Notes: generated by a model from the letters alone, not told the origin. A stretch of 64,000 bases of DNA from a virus (IMGVR_UViG_2740892449_000004), one strand, 5' to 3'; positions 25,026 to 35,193 are shown, counted from the stretch's first letter. Program-made: numbers and translations.

Positions 25026-25131
25026 GGTAGATATTTTGTTAATCGCGAATCACATTTTTTCACTTCAGTACCTGTGTGCTATACTCCTTCTTGATTGATT
25101 GGATGCGGAATACAAACCCGCTCTTTTGTGC

Positions 25132-25158
25132 AGCCTGGCTCCTTGCCAGGCTTTTTTT
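25132..25158 (+). terminator. Plus-strand intrinsic terminator in the cra-ref intergenic region
   Basis: AGCCTGGC-TCCTT-GCCAGGCT followed by TTTTTT; preceded by a sigma70-like promoter TTTTCA-N17-TATACT at 25057..25085. Confidence 0.4.
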
Positions 25159-25176
25159 ATTTCATCATGGAAGCTG

Positions 25177-25467
25177 TTAATGCTTTGGACCTTGCTGAAC
25201 TGATTGAGAGGCTTTGTCAACGTGCCCCAAAAATTCGCCAAACTCAGACATCACTTTAGCAAAACCGCGCCGTGCTTCTTCCTCGGTGGCATTCATCACG
25301 AAATGTTCAGCACTACGCATACTTCTGACAGGGAACGCAACGGATATTGAGTCAATATCAGGCATTCTATCGCTCAGCTTTACAGTGACAATGACGGCTG
25401 GCGACTGAATATTAGTGCTCACTGACAGCACTACATATTTTCCGTCGATGTTGAAATTCTTTCTCAT
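25177..25467 (-). CDS. cra: Cra-like protein (cre-associated)
   Basis: ORF track 96 aa; directly downstream of cre, same strand. Confidence 0.55.
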   Translation of the reverse strand: MRKNFNIDGKYVVLSVSTNIQSPAVIVTVKLSDRMPDIDSISVAFPVRSMRSAEHFVMNATEEEARRGFAKVMSEFGEFLGHVDKASQSVQQGPKH

Positions 25468-25483
25468 ATGTCACCATAAATAT

Positions 25484-25500
25484 CAAAGAATTAGAGCAAT
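25484..25500. promoter_or_regulatory. C1 operator-like 17-mer between cre and cra
   Basis: CAAAGAATTAGAGCAAT; core TTAGAGCAAT conserved. Confidence 0.45.
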
Positions 25501-25517
25501 CATTTACGCGTTAATGG

Positions 25518-26549
25518 CTAATCGCCATCTTCCAGCAGGCGCACCATTGCCCCTGTTTCACTATCCAGGTTACGGATATAGTTCATGACAATATTTACGT
25601 TGGTCCAGCCACCAGCTTGCATGATCTCCGGTATTGAAACTCCGGCGCGGGCCATATCTCGCGCGGCTCCGACACGGGCACTGTGTCCAGACCAGGCCAG
25701 GTACCTCTGACCAGAGTCATCCTTAGCCCCGTAAATCAATCGGTGAGTTGCTTCAAAAATCCCTTCCAGGGCGCGAGTTGATAGCTGGCTGGTGGATGAT
25801 GGCGAGGCAACACCATTTTTTCTGACCCGGCAAAACAAGTAGTTATTCGGATCATCAGCCACACCAGAGACGGAAATCCATCGCTCGACCAGTTTAGTTA
25901 CCCCCAGGCTAAGTGCCTTCTCTACACCTGCGGTGCTAACCAGCGTTTTCGTTCTGCCAATATGGATTAACATTCTCCCACCGTCAGTACGTGAGATATC
26001 TTTAACCCTGATCCTGGCAATTTCGGCTATACGTAACAGGGTGTTATAAGCAATCCCCAGAAATGCCAGATTCCGTATATCCTGGCAGCGATCGCTATTT
26101 CCCATGAGTGAACGAACCTGGTCGAAATCAGTGCGTTCGAACGCCAGCGCCTGTTTTGCACGCTCACCGGCATCAACGTTTTCTTTTCGGATCCGTCGCA
26201 TGACCAGTGAAACAGCATTGCTGTCACTTGGTCGTGGCAGCCCGGACCGACGATGAAGCATATTTAGCTGGCCCAAATGTTGCTGGATAGTTTTCACTGC
26301 CAGACCGCGCGCCTGAAGATATAGAAGATAATCGCGAACATCTTCAGGTTCTGCGGGAAACCATTTCCGGTTATTCAACTTGCACCATGCCGCCCATGAC
26401 CGGCAAACGGACAGAAGCATTTTCCAGGTATGCTCAGAAAACGCCTGGCGATCCCTGAACATGTCCATCAGGTTCTTGCGAACCTCATCACTCGTTGCAT
26501 CGACCGGTAATGCAGGCAAATTTTGGTGTACGGTCAGTAAATTGGACAT
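25518..26549 (-). CDS. cre: Cre site-specific tyrosine recombinase
   Basis: 343 aa starting MSNLLTVHQNLPALPVDATSDEVRKNLMDMFRDRQAFSEHTWKMLLSVCRSWAAWCKL, ending LEDGD; recognised as Cre. Confidence 0.97.
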   Translation of the reverse strand: MSNLLTVHQNLPALPVDATSDEVRKNLMDMFRDRQAFSEHTWKMLLSVCRSWAAWCKLNNRKWFPAEPEDVRDYLLYLQARGLAVKTIQQHLGQLNMLHRRSGLPRPSDSNAVSLVMRRIRKENVDAGERAKQALAFERTDFDQVRSLMGNSDRCQDIRNLAFLGIAYNTLLRIAEIARIRVKDISRTDGGRMLIHIGRTKTLVSTAGVEKALSLGVTKLVERWISVSGVADDPNNYLFCRVRKNGVASPSSTSQLSTRALEGIFEATHRLIYGAKDDSGQRYLAWSGHSARVGAARDMARAGVSIPEIMQAGGWTNVNIVMNYIRNLDSETGAMVRLLEDGD

Positions 26550-26967
26550 TTAACACTCAGATAATGGTTTTAAGTAAAGTGTACAGGATCGGCTCTGCCT
26601 TTACCTGTTTATGGTTCTCGTCATAGAAACGCCAGCGACCGCGCGTGCGTTCTATTTTCTCTTCACCGCGCGATAATGACAGTTGACAACTATCACGATC
26701 AAACCCTTTTGCCCGCCAGTAACCACGGTTTTTCTCAAGCTCAATATGAGTGGACACTTTAGCAGCTGAATATCCCATTTTTCACCTCTGATTGATTGGT
26801 GGTGCTAAGTGCGCTACGCGAAATCTGGAGCACTAACACTGCCAACATTTCGCAGATTTTACGTAGCGCAACCTTGATCAAATGATCAAGTGATCACTAT
26901 TTGACCTGATAAGGTATTGAACTGTATGGATTTACAGGTAAATTGATCATGTTCAATAACCCTTAAG

Positions 26968-27001
26968 ATAACTTCGTATAATGTATGCTATACGAAGTTA
27001 T
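26968..27001. other. loxP recombination site
   Basis: Exact ATAACTTCGTATA-ATGTATGC-TATACGAAGTTAT. Confidence 0.97.
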
Positions 27002-27044
27002 TAGGTCTGAAGAGGAGTTTACGTCCAGCTGCGCATAAAAATCA

Positions 27045-27061
27045 ATAATTATTAGAGCAAT
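27045..27061. promoter_or_regulatory. C1 operator (Op99-like)
   Basis: ATAATTATTAGAGCAAT, 15/17 to operator reverse complement. Confidence 0.6.
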
Positions 27062-27121
27062 AAATTTTGAGAGAAAAATCCCACTCCACCAGCCAAAAAC
27101 TGGATTGTTTTTCATAGTTGT

Positions 27122-27150
27122 TTGACAATTGCTCTAATAAATTATAGTTT
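27122..27150 (+). promoter_or_regulatory. C1-repressed promoter with operator, directed toward coi-c1
   Basis: TTGACA at 27122-27127 directly followed by operator ATTGCTCTAATAAATTA (27128..27144, 16/17) and a weak -10. Confidence 0.6.
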
Positions 27151-27382
27151 TGCCGCCGTTACGTAATACGACTTTGGATTCACTATTTAATGTGTCTTCA
27201 GCGTTGTAGAGCGGCTCAGAAGGAAATGAGCAAACAGGGAAACCTTATACAACGGCATTACAGCTATGCATTGCTCATCTTACACACAGCGCAATGTTGT
27301 TAGATTACCCCAGCATGGATCATGGGTGAAACAGTAGGTCAGAGCTTCAGGCTCTGTGTTGTCAATACAGTGAGGCATAATT

Positions 27383-27592
27383 ATGGCTTTCATTCCACCA
27401 ACCATCGACGACGTTAGACATTGCTCTAACGCTTTATCTGTAGACCCTGCCGAAACCGACGCTGCCCGCGCCATTGCTGAACACTACTCAAAGATATCCA
27501 ATCAGGAGTACCGCATCACCCAAGACGACCTGGATGATCTCACTGACACAATCGAATATCTCATGGCCACTAACCAGCCAGACTCACAATAA
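27383..27592 (+). CDS. coi: Coi, C1 inactivator
   Basis: 69-aa ORF directly upstream of c1 and downstream of the Op99-like promoter. Confidence 0.75.
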   Translation: MAFIPPTIDDVRHCSNALSVDPAETDAARAIAEHYSKISNQEYRITQDDLDDLTDTIEYLMATNQPDSQ

Positions 27593-27637
27593 ATGCACTA
27601 ATAAATCTATTATTTTCGTTGGATCCTTCTATAATGG

Positions 27638-27680
27638 TGGCCAACAACTCCCAGTGTAATCCGCTGTGAGTTGTTGGCCA
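27638..27680 (+). promoter_or_regulatory. Large perfect hairpin between coi and c1
   Basis: 13-bp stem TGGCCAACAACTC / GAGTTGTTGGCCA with 17-nt loop, just upstream of the c1 RBS GGAGGAGG; a TATAAT lies at 27630..27635. Confidence 0.4.
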
Positions 27681-27702
27681 TGTCAATTCTGGAGGAGGAT
27701 CA

Positions 27703-28554
27703 ATGATAAATTATGTCTACGGCGAACAACTGTACCAGGAGTTCGTCAGCTTCAGGGATCTCTTTCTAAAAAAAGCTGTTGCACGCGCCCAACACGTTGA
27801 TGCCGCCAGCGACGGTCGTCCTGTACGCCCGGTTGTCGTTCTGCCGTTCAAAGAAACGGACAGCATTCAGGCTGAAATTGATAAATGGACTTTAATGGCG
27901 CGAGAACTGGAACAGTACCCAGACCTCAATATCCCAAAGACTATTTTATATCCAGTGCCTAACATCCTTCGCGGTGTGCGTAAGGTTACAACTTATCAGA
28001 CAGAAGCTGTGAACAGCGTCAACATGACCGCTGGCCGCATTATTCATCTGATTGATAAGGACATTCGCATCCAGAAAAGCGCGGGGATCAATGAGCACAG
28101 TGCGAAATACATAGAGAACCTGGAAGCAACAAAAGAGCTAATGAAGCAGTACCCGGAGGATGAAAAATTCCGTATGCGTGTACACGGCTTTAGCGAAACA
28201 ATGCTGCGCGTCCATTACATTTCCAGTAGCCCTAACTACAATGATGGTAAATCAGTTAGTTACCATGTGCCGCTGTGTGGTGTGTTTATCTGCGATGAAA
28301 CTCTCCGTGATGGAATCATCATCAACGGTGAATTCGAGAAAGCAAAATTTAGCCTTTATGACTCTATAGAACCGATCATCTGCGACCGCTGGCCGCAGGC
28401 AAAAATATATCGCCTGGCAGATATTGAAAATGTAAAAAAACAAATTGCCATCACTCGCGAAGAGAAAAAGGTCAAATCAGCCGCATCAGTTACGCGCAGC
28501 CGTAAAACTAAGAAGGGGCAGCCAGTAAACGACAACCCCGAAAGCGCGCAATAG
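27703..28554 (+). CDS. c1: C1 repressor of lysis
   Basis: 283-aa ORF with strong RBS; position after coi and convergent on pacB; size matches P1 C1. Confidence 0.88.
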   Translation: MINYVYGEQLYQEFVSFRDLFLKKAVARAQHVDAASDGRPVRPVVVLPFKETDSIQAEIDKWTLMARELEQYPDLNIPKTILYPVPNILRGVRKVTTYQTEAVNSVNMTAGRIIHLIDKDIRIQKSAGINEHSAKYIENLEATKELMKQYPEDEKFRMRVHGFSETMLRVHYISSSPNYNDGKSVSYHVPLCGVFICDETLRDGIIINGEFEKAKFSLYDSIEPIICDRWPQAKIYRLADIENVKKQIAITREEKKVKSAASVTRSRKTKKGQPVNDNPESAQ

Positions 28555-28578
28555 TTTCTATCCGGCATGGTTAATGAG

Positions 28579-30063
28579 TTATTCATTAAGCCATGCCAGA
28601 GCTTCATCAACCTGCGCTTCGTCTTCGACGCTAAGCACTTCATCCTGGGGAACATAGTTCGCCAACATAGCGAAACAATATGTATCCCAATGGTCCGGTG
28701 AGTGCAGGTTGAGTTTTTTCTTCATATCTTCCTTTGACATCACCTTCCATTGACCTGCGGAATTTATCCCTACCGGTATCTTTGATGCTTCCTCTATAGT
28801 CGCAGCCCCCTTATCAAGCCTCATACGCCCTGATTTTACAGCTTCTGCCGCCTGAATATTCGCGAAAGCGCGCATATCGAAATAAAGGCTTTTATCTTCA
28901 CGGCTGTGCATCTTTTTACCCCAGCGGATACGCTGGACGGTAATGCCATAGCGTTCGTACATTAGATCAGCCGTCGATTTCCCCAAGCCATCGCCATCAA
29001 TAGCTATGGTTATGTTCGGGAACCGTTCTGGGTTACATTCTGCGAAAATCTTGGCGGCTAACTGCGTTTCTGTAACGTCTGTGTATTCCAGCATACGATA
29101 GTTGATTACACGGCGTTTATTTCGCTGGCCGGACACCATCATGATATTAATAACGGACTTATCTCGTCCTGTGCCACCAGCAACGTCAACACATGCAACC
29201 CAGCCCCATCCTTTGGCAATCTTGACCTTTCGCCGCGTCGCCCGCTCAACCTCATCACGACCAAGAAGAAAGCCATCTTGAGATTTGGGAAATTCACCAC
29301 GTACTTTGATCATGTACATGGGGTTATCACGACCGCCATACTCCGCAAGTTTTGCTCGTATAAATTTTGCATCTACAAGCGGAGATTCTTCACTATTCAG
29401 TATTATCGCAGTAAACAATCCATCAGGATTTCCCGGGCGAATAGCTAGTCTGTGGTGTGAATCGTAGAAATAGCCTGAAGGTCGCGTAGGCTGGGAAAGA
29501 AGCAGAATACGGTTATCCTTACCGGTCAGCGCACCTGTTATCACACTGAATGCTTTATCACTCACACCCGACGCTTCGTCGATGATATACAAGAGATGAT
29601 CGGCGTGTTCACCAGCCAACGCCTCCTCATTCCCGGGGCGACAGGACTTTATCAATATTGTCCAAACACCCTTGCCAGTCACCTCAAAAAAAGACGTTTC
29701 TGTAAGAATGAAATACTTCGACAACCACGGGAATCTGCTAACAGCAGTAGCCCAATTGCTCTTTATGTATTTGAAAATACCATCAAGGACTTGCTGTCTT
29801 TTGTTAGCGACCAGAATGACGCGAGCGCCGGGGAAAAACATGATGAAGAGTATTGCAATGATACTCGTCATATCCGATTTACCAGTACCATGGCCGGAGG
29901 TCACACTTGTCCAACTGCCGTCCTGCTGCGTGGACTCAATGATCTCATCCTGCTGCCAGGTTGGTGTCTTCCCAAACAACACATCAGCGGCCGCAATCCA
30001 GTCATAACGATATAGCGCCACCAGCTCGCGCCAACGTGGGTCCGTTACGCAACTTCTGGCCAT
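28579..30063 (-). CDS. pacB: Terminase large subunit PacB
   Basis: 494 aa; Walker A SGHGTGKS, Walker [10 protein letters not shown]; downstream of pacA. Confidence 0.92.
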
Positions 30064-31256
30064 TAATCATCATCCCCGTACAGTTTGCGGGTAACTTCTT
30101 CGTCTTCCTCCTCGTCTTCGTCCAGATCCTGTTCAAGCCATGCTTCGTTTGATATGCCTTCCGCATCGACATCACCATAACCACCTGTATCGACGATATC
30201 GGCAATTTCTTCTCTACGATGCTCAATCCACAATGCGGCATCAGCGCGGCGGCTGGCGGCCCGTTCTCGCGCGATTTTATCCAGATCTTCAAGTGATGGA
30301 GCGCCAGATGCTGTTTGGTTTTCCTCATCATCGGTATTGGTCTTAGGAGCACGCAGATCGGCTTTGATTTGCTCCAGCATCAGGGGCGGCACTTTTCCTC
30401 CATGCGCCTCGATGAATTCAGCCGCTTCCAGCACTGACCAGTTATTTTCACGCTTTCGTTCGTATGCCAGCTTAACAATGCCAGCTTGCCCCATAGATAA
30501 AGCGTGCTTTTCCGCCTCCCGGCTTTCTTTTCGATAGTTATTCCGGATGCTGTAAATGGTGTTGATCAGGCTGCTTATCTGCGCGGAACAGCTGTTTAGC
30601 ATGCTCGCGATACGGTATTCAGGCGGAGTACCTTCATCATCGTCTTTTTGCTGATCGCGCATTTCCTGCACCAGGCGAATACACGTATCCCTGGCGTTCT
30701 CCAGCATAAGGAGATGAGAAAGAGACTTTTCCAGAAGAGTGGTTTCCAGAACATCGGCCCCGGACCGACGCAACATAGCGCGCGCGGCCTTCCGCGCTTC
30801 AACGTTATCTATCAGGTAATCGCCAGCTTCGAATTCAAAGCGTTCACCATCATCATCCAGGGTGTCGCGTTCCAGGCGATCACGTAAGGTCCGGTGGGCG
30901 CGGGTGATCACGTCATGATCATCTGAACGATCATTTATGCGCTTATTTTGGCGCTTAGCGTTCTCGACTGCGGCACTGACAACGGCATTAACTCTTTGTT
31001 TTTCCGCTGTTTCATCCGCAAGGTGATCACCTGCATGTTGATCATTAGAGTGATCAATGATCATGCTTTTTAGAGGCTTCCTGACTGGCTTATTTGGCTT
31101 GCGGCTGTCCGCTGTCCTGGTGTCTTCTTTGAAGGCACGGAGATAACGACGTGCGGTATTAGGGTTAAGATTAAACTCGGCGGCATACTGTGCGATGGTG
31201 TAACCACCATCTCGCGCCAGGCGAGCAAAATTCTTCTTGTGATCGTCCCAGGTCAC
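30063..31256 (-). CDS. pacA: Terminase pac-recognition subunit PacA
   Basis: 397 aa; GTG start with GGAAG RBS; contains the GATC-rich pac site. Confidence 0.92.
30878..31062. other. pac packaging site
   Basis: Two clusters of GATC-containing hexamers (at about 30878, 30906, 30917, 30929 and 31025, 31040, 31052, 31059) inside pacA. Confidence 0.75.
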
Positions 31257-31341
31257 TTATGCTTCCTTTCGTAAAAACTCTTTTTGACGCGAGGGTAACG
31301 AAAGTCACATGTCAAAAGGCCCGGAACGGGCAAGCAATCAA

Positions 31342-31794
31342 TCAGATACGTGCGGATGTGGCATTACCGTAATGACGGTGCTGACGGGCTACCTTATTGA
31401 AAAGTTGACGCGCCATTACCCAAGGCTGGTGTTCCCGGCGTTCCTTTTCGTCCTGCGTCATATAGAGTTCGTTCTGGAGTTTTTCATCAAACCGGCGCGG
31501 CGCGCGGCTGCGGCGAAAGAATTCAGGATTCAGAGAGTGGATCTGAAATCTACGTGGGCGTGTACTGTCATCAATCAAAACAGACGAATACTTAGACACA
31601 GCGATAGCCTTTAAGCGCAGATAAACGTCGCGCTTATCGACATCCAGATGCGGGTATTCCTTTTCAAGGATTGCTGCGAGTTCTTTCGCTGATAGAAGAG
31701 ATTTGGTGCGGATCATGTAATCCGCAATCTCATACGATGTTATTCGTAAGTGATTTATTTCCATGAAGTGGCGTCCCTGCCAGTTAAGTAACAT
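31342..31794 (-). CDS. lpa: Lpa-like late promoter activator (by size and position)
   Basis: 150-aa ORF directly upstream of pacA with a C1 operator at its promoter. Confidence 0.55.
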   Translation of the reverse strand: MLLNWQGRHFMEINHLRITSYEIADYMIRTKSLLSAKELAAILEKEYPHLDVDKRDVYLRLKAIAVSKYSSVLIDDSTRPRRFQIHSLNPEFFRRSRAPRRFDEKLQNELYMTQDEKERREHQPWVMARQLFNKVARQHRHYGNATSARI

Positions 31795-31864
31795 CCTGTC
31801 ACCTACTGATTAGCCCATGTCAACTAATCAACGTGGAATATAATGCCCTAGATTAAATAAATAG

Positions 31865-31881
31865 CAATACATTAGAGCAAT
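31865..31881. promoter_or_regulatory. C1 operator-like 17-mer upstream of lpa
   Basis: CAATACATTAGAGCAAT, 14/17. Confidence 0.5.
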
Positions 31882-31882
31882 T

Positions 31883-32269
31883 TTACCTAACGCTCGACGA
31901 GTGACTTGTGATAGCGCCGACTCCAAGCGCGTAATCAAAGAACAATCGTTGATGCATCGCCAACCTACCGTGCGTCTTCTCCCAATTATCGCGGTCACGC
32001 TCAATATCACGCTGGCATGACTGGCACAGAGGAATTGCGTAAATGTCATGCGCGCATAATCGACTATGACGAACGATATAAGGCGTAATGTGAGCGCCAG
32101 CTCCCGCAGCTCCACACCCACAGCATGGACGGGAAGCAACAAAGTCCATGTACTCAGGTAATTTTAGCGATTGCAGTTTTGGTATTTTGAAATGCGCCAT
32201 GCCAGGGTCGGAGTCAACATCCACAGGGCATACTTTTGCACGCATCGGCGCGGCGCGTTCTTCCATCAT
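31883..32269 (-). CDS. Hypothetical Cys-rich protein (post-doc region)
   Basis: ORF track 128 aa; CCGCG...C...C..C pattern suggests metal binding. Confidence 0.45.
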   Translation of the reverse strand: MMEERAAPMRAKVCPVDVDSDPGMAHFKIPKLQSLKLPEYMDFVASRPCCGCGAAGAGAHITPYIVRHSRLCAHDIYAIPLCQSCQRDIERDRDNWEKTHGRLAMHQRLFFDYALGVGAITSHSSSVR

Positions 32270-32319
32270 CTGAACATATGCTGTAGCGCGATCGTCATAC
32301 GGGCGAATATCCGCCTCTT

Positions 32320-32925
32320 TCAGAGGTCCGCTATCCTGCGGAGTAGCTTCATCTTATTTATTGATATGCGGCAGACTTCTTCCGGCATCAGGTGCATCAT
32401 GTTGCGCATGAAAGCCCACCAGCACAGCTCCTGAATACTTAAATCATGGCTATTTGAAAGGCCCATTTCCTGACGGGCGACATCCAGTATCCAGTTAACG
32501 CGATTATTGTGCAGCGTTTCTTTCAGCTCATTAAAACCACGCATCCGGTAATGGTTATCGTGATGCCAGCACAACAACACCGCGCTATTGTCTCGTTCAG
32601 CGTGGACAATATGGTTGTCACACCAACTACGATCTGCGGCCTGGCATTGACCCTCTTTCCTACGCAACCACGCCACCAGCGCGTCAATTCCACCAATACG
32701 GCGAAACAGTTCATCGCTGTTAAAAAACGGCTGCAACGCCTCATTTGTTGCCATGGTTTGCTCGGTAACAACGAGGCCGTCTTCCATGTGCTCGATTAAC
32801 TCACGCGGCACCGGCTCCATAATAAATTTACGGCCAGCCTCCACCAGCTTTCTGACCTCCTGATCCACTTTGAACGTGGCGAGGCCAAGCTCTTTCTGTA
32901 CAAAGGGAGTAATTACGGCTTTCAC
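32320..32925 (-). CDS. Hypothetical protein (post-doc region)
   Basis: ORF track 201 aa. Confidence 0.5.
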
Positions 32926-32952
32926 ATCACACCTTTAATCACTGATTGGGCT

Positions 32953-33153
32953 TTATCTGCTGCCCGGCATTCTCTGTTTAAGCACAACCATTTCCTGACG
33001 GCATAACACAGCAATAGCGGTCCTGACTCCAATTTGCTTACCAACCAGGTATTGCTTTACCTTGCGGCGACTCACGCCATCAAGAAGCATCTTTAACGCT
33101 TCACGGGACAATTTGTTGTATTTGCGTGCCATTAATCTACTCCGCAGAACCAT
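32953..33153 (-). CDS. Small basic HTH-like protein downstream of doc
   Basis: ORF track 66 aa; start may be the internal ATG (MARKYNK). Confidence 0.4.
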
Positions 33154-33517
33154 ACAATCTACGTAACGTGTCGGCGACAGAAGATACAGATATCTCGCCA
33201 GTCGCAGCGCCTACAGTAAGGTCTGCCAGTTCAGGTGAATCAAATACCTGCACCCCGTTACGGCGTAGAAATAGCAGCGCGCTGTTTAGCGCGGTACGCT
33301 TATTGGCATCATTGAATATATGCCCTCTCGCTGTAGCCACCAGGTAGGTGGCGGAGACTTCGAAAAGGTCGGTGATCTCTTCGTAGGCAACTCTGGCCTG
33401 AACTCTCCCGATAATGGCCTCTGCCCTACCCGGATCAGACATTCCCGGCAGGCCGCCGTAGCGGCTTATATTCGCATCATGAAGCGCAATAAGTTCTTCC
33501 GGTGATATATGCCTCAT
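33137..33517 (-). CDS. doc: Doc toxin (Fic-fold kinase)
   Basis: 126 aa starting [25 protein letters not shown]; recognised as P1 Doc. Confidence 0.95.
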
Positions 33518-33738
33518 TATCGGTTAACCAGTTCCTTGTTTGTGGAGTCCAGGGTGTCAAACAGGGATGCAAATTCAGCATCCAGCGCCGCTTTTTTGTA
33601 GGCTTCGAAAGTAGCCTTGCTGACAATTACTGCTGGCTCACGGCCTCTGCGGGTGATTTCAACCTCTTCCCCGGCTTCAACATTGTTGAGCACTTCAGAA
33701 AGGTTGCCACGCGCGGTACGGAAGTTAATGGATTGCAT
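33517..33738 (-). CDS. phd: Phd antitoxin
   Basis: 73 aa [40 protein letters not shown]...; stop overlaps doc start. Confidence 0.95.
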
Positions 33739-33744
33739 AAACAC

Positions 33745-33772
33745 CTCGTGTACTCGTTATGTGTACACAATT
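33745..33772 (-). promoter_or_regulatory. phd-doc promoter/operator with GTGTAC palindromes
   Basis: CGTGTACTCG and TGTGTACACA directly upstream of phd. Confidence 0.5.
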
Positions 33773-33810
33773 ATAAACTTCACAGGCATAAAGCACCAGC
33801 ACTTTGCAGC

Positions 33811-34200
33811 TTAAATAACCGGACAATCATCAAATTCCCCACTTCGGGCATCATTGATGACATGAGTGATCACACCAAAAACAGCATTACTGCCCGTGTA
33901 TCCATCGTCATCTACTGGTAACGCCTCTTTCTTCCCGGTGCTTAAGTCCTCCAGGTGCTGGCGCGGATACTTCCTGTATCTCTTTATGCGATATTCACCC
34001 TCCATAGCGCACACAAGCAGAGAACCATCAACCGGAGTAAGCGAGGAATCAACCACCAGCAAAGCACCCTGCAATATTCCCTCACGGTGATGGCTATCAG
34101 CTGCCCGCATGAAGTAGGTCGCTGAAGGATGTCTAATTATCTGCTGATCAAGAGAAATTCGGCTTTCAACATAATCCGCCGCAGGAGAAGGGAAGCCCAT
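33811..34200 (-). CDS. humD: HumD, UmuD-like SOS mutagenesis protein
   Basis: 129 aa with LexA/UmuD-type C-terminal domain; LexA box just upstream. Confidence 0.75.
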   Translation of the reverse strand: MGFPSPAADYVESRISLDQQIIRHPSATYFMRAADSHHREGILQGALLVVDSSLTPVDGSLLVCAMEGEYRIKRYRKYPRQHLEDLSTGKKEALPVDDDGYTGSNAVFGVITHVINDARSGEFDDCPVI

Positions 34201-34218
34201 AGCGTTTTACCTCAATGA

Positions 34219-34238
34219 TACTGTTTATTCATACAGTA
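34219..34238. promoter_or_regulatory. LexA (SOS) box upstream of humD
   Basis: TACTGTTTATTCATACAGTA, CTGT-N8-ACAG palindrome. Confidence 0.6.
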
Positions 34239-34295
34239 TACATTGAAAAGGCATAGTTTGTGAAAGCGGGGTTTGTAGGCGCGCCACGCTGGGGG

Positions 34296-34574
34296 CTAAT
34301 CACATTTCTCCCCCATCTTGCCGTTATTTTTTTGGTGCATCCTCGTTCTGATACACCGGATCGCTCCCTTTTGGCAACTGGAGCTTAACTGCCGGTAGTG
34401 CCGTAGCCGTTCCATGAAATAGGCGCGCAGGTTTTCCGGTTGCTCACGGGCCACCTGCTCTGCAATCACAGGTATATTCAGCCGTTCTTTGTAAGCAACG
34501 CCGCTGGCGGCAAGGTCTACGTTCACCTTGTCTCGCTCTTCCTGGCTTTTAGCTGCTATATTTCGATCTGACAC
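34296..34574 (-). CDS. hot: Hot, DNA polymerase III theta (HolE) homolog
   Basis: Residues [43 protein letters not shown] align with E. coli HolE; C-terminus diverges. Confidence 0.75.
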   Translation of the reverse strand: MSDRNIAAKSQEERDKVNVDLAASGVAYKERLNIPVIAEQVAREQPENLRAYFMERLRHYRQLSSSCQKGAIRCIRTRMHQKNNGKMGEKCD

Positions 34575-34606
34575 AAGAAACCTCCAGGAGTTAGTGGATC
34601 AGGCAC

Positions 34607-34957
34607 ATGCACAATAACGTTCTCAATGTTAGCCGTTCAATTCAGACAATCAGAGACTGCACCAGTGTGGTGGCATCAATCCCATTGCGAAACAGCATAG
34701 ACGAACTGCAAATTCGTGTATTGAATCCGAATCAGGCTAATAAGCAATTGCGCTTTATTTTGACGCTGAAAAGTGAAACAGAGGGGATAAAGCACAGCGT
34801 AAAAGTGTTTTCTGAGGCCATTCTGCTTAATGGGAAGCTCCGGCATCTGGTAAGGCCAGAACGTCAATATCCTGACGTCCTGGCGCGTGAAAAAGACCTT
34901 CTTTCTGAAGTTCAGGATAGGGTGATCGATTTCGTCAAATGCTATCCCCTGCATTGA
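34607..34957 (+). CDS. Hypothetical protein
   Basis: ORF track 116 aa; lone plus-strand ORF in a minus-strand block; weak RBS. Confidence 0.35.
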   Translation: MHNNVLNVSRSIQTIRDCTSVVASIPLRNSIDELQIRVLNPNQANKQLRFILTLKSETEGIKHSVKVFSEAILLNGKLRHLVRPERQYPDVLAREKDLLSEVQDRVIDFVKCYPLH

Positions 34958-35193
34958 GGGCAGGTGTTCCCTTCCGCAAAGTAGGGAAAATTGCTATCAA
35001 GTTCATCACACCATCTGCGATGGTCGTAGCACCAAAACGCCTCCCACGGTGCACGGAAATACTTCATCCACCAGGACACTCGATCAGGTATATCTGCTGG
35101 TGGCAGTTCTTCTGGCAATAATTTGCCTGATAATTCCCTTTCCGCCCGCGACAGCATTTTTTTTGAGGCTCGCGTTCTCTTTTTCAAGCTCAT
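34942..35193 (-). CDS. Small Cys-rich hypothetical protein
   Basis: ORF track 83 aa; C-terminal C..C...C..C. Confidence 0.3.
   Translation of the reverse strand: MSLKKRTRASKKMLSRAERELSGKLLPEELPPADIPDRVSWWMKYFRAPWEAFWCYDHRRWCDELDSNFPYFAEGNTCPQCRG

Noticed and set aside
26557-26778. 73-aa minus-strand ORF between cre and loxP
   Set aside because: Lies in the cre promoter region rich in GATC and palindromes; no RBS; likely non-coding
27280-27474. 64-aa minus-strand ORF overlapping the coi start
   Set aside because: Antisense to coi and the Op99-like promoter
34676-34954. 92-aa minus-strand ORF
   Set aside because: Overlaps the more protein-like plus-strand ORF 34607..34957; composition less convincing; neither is certain
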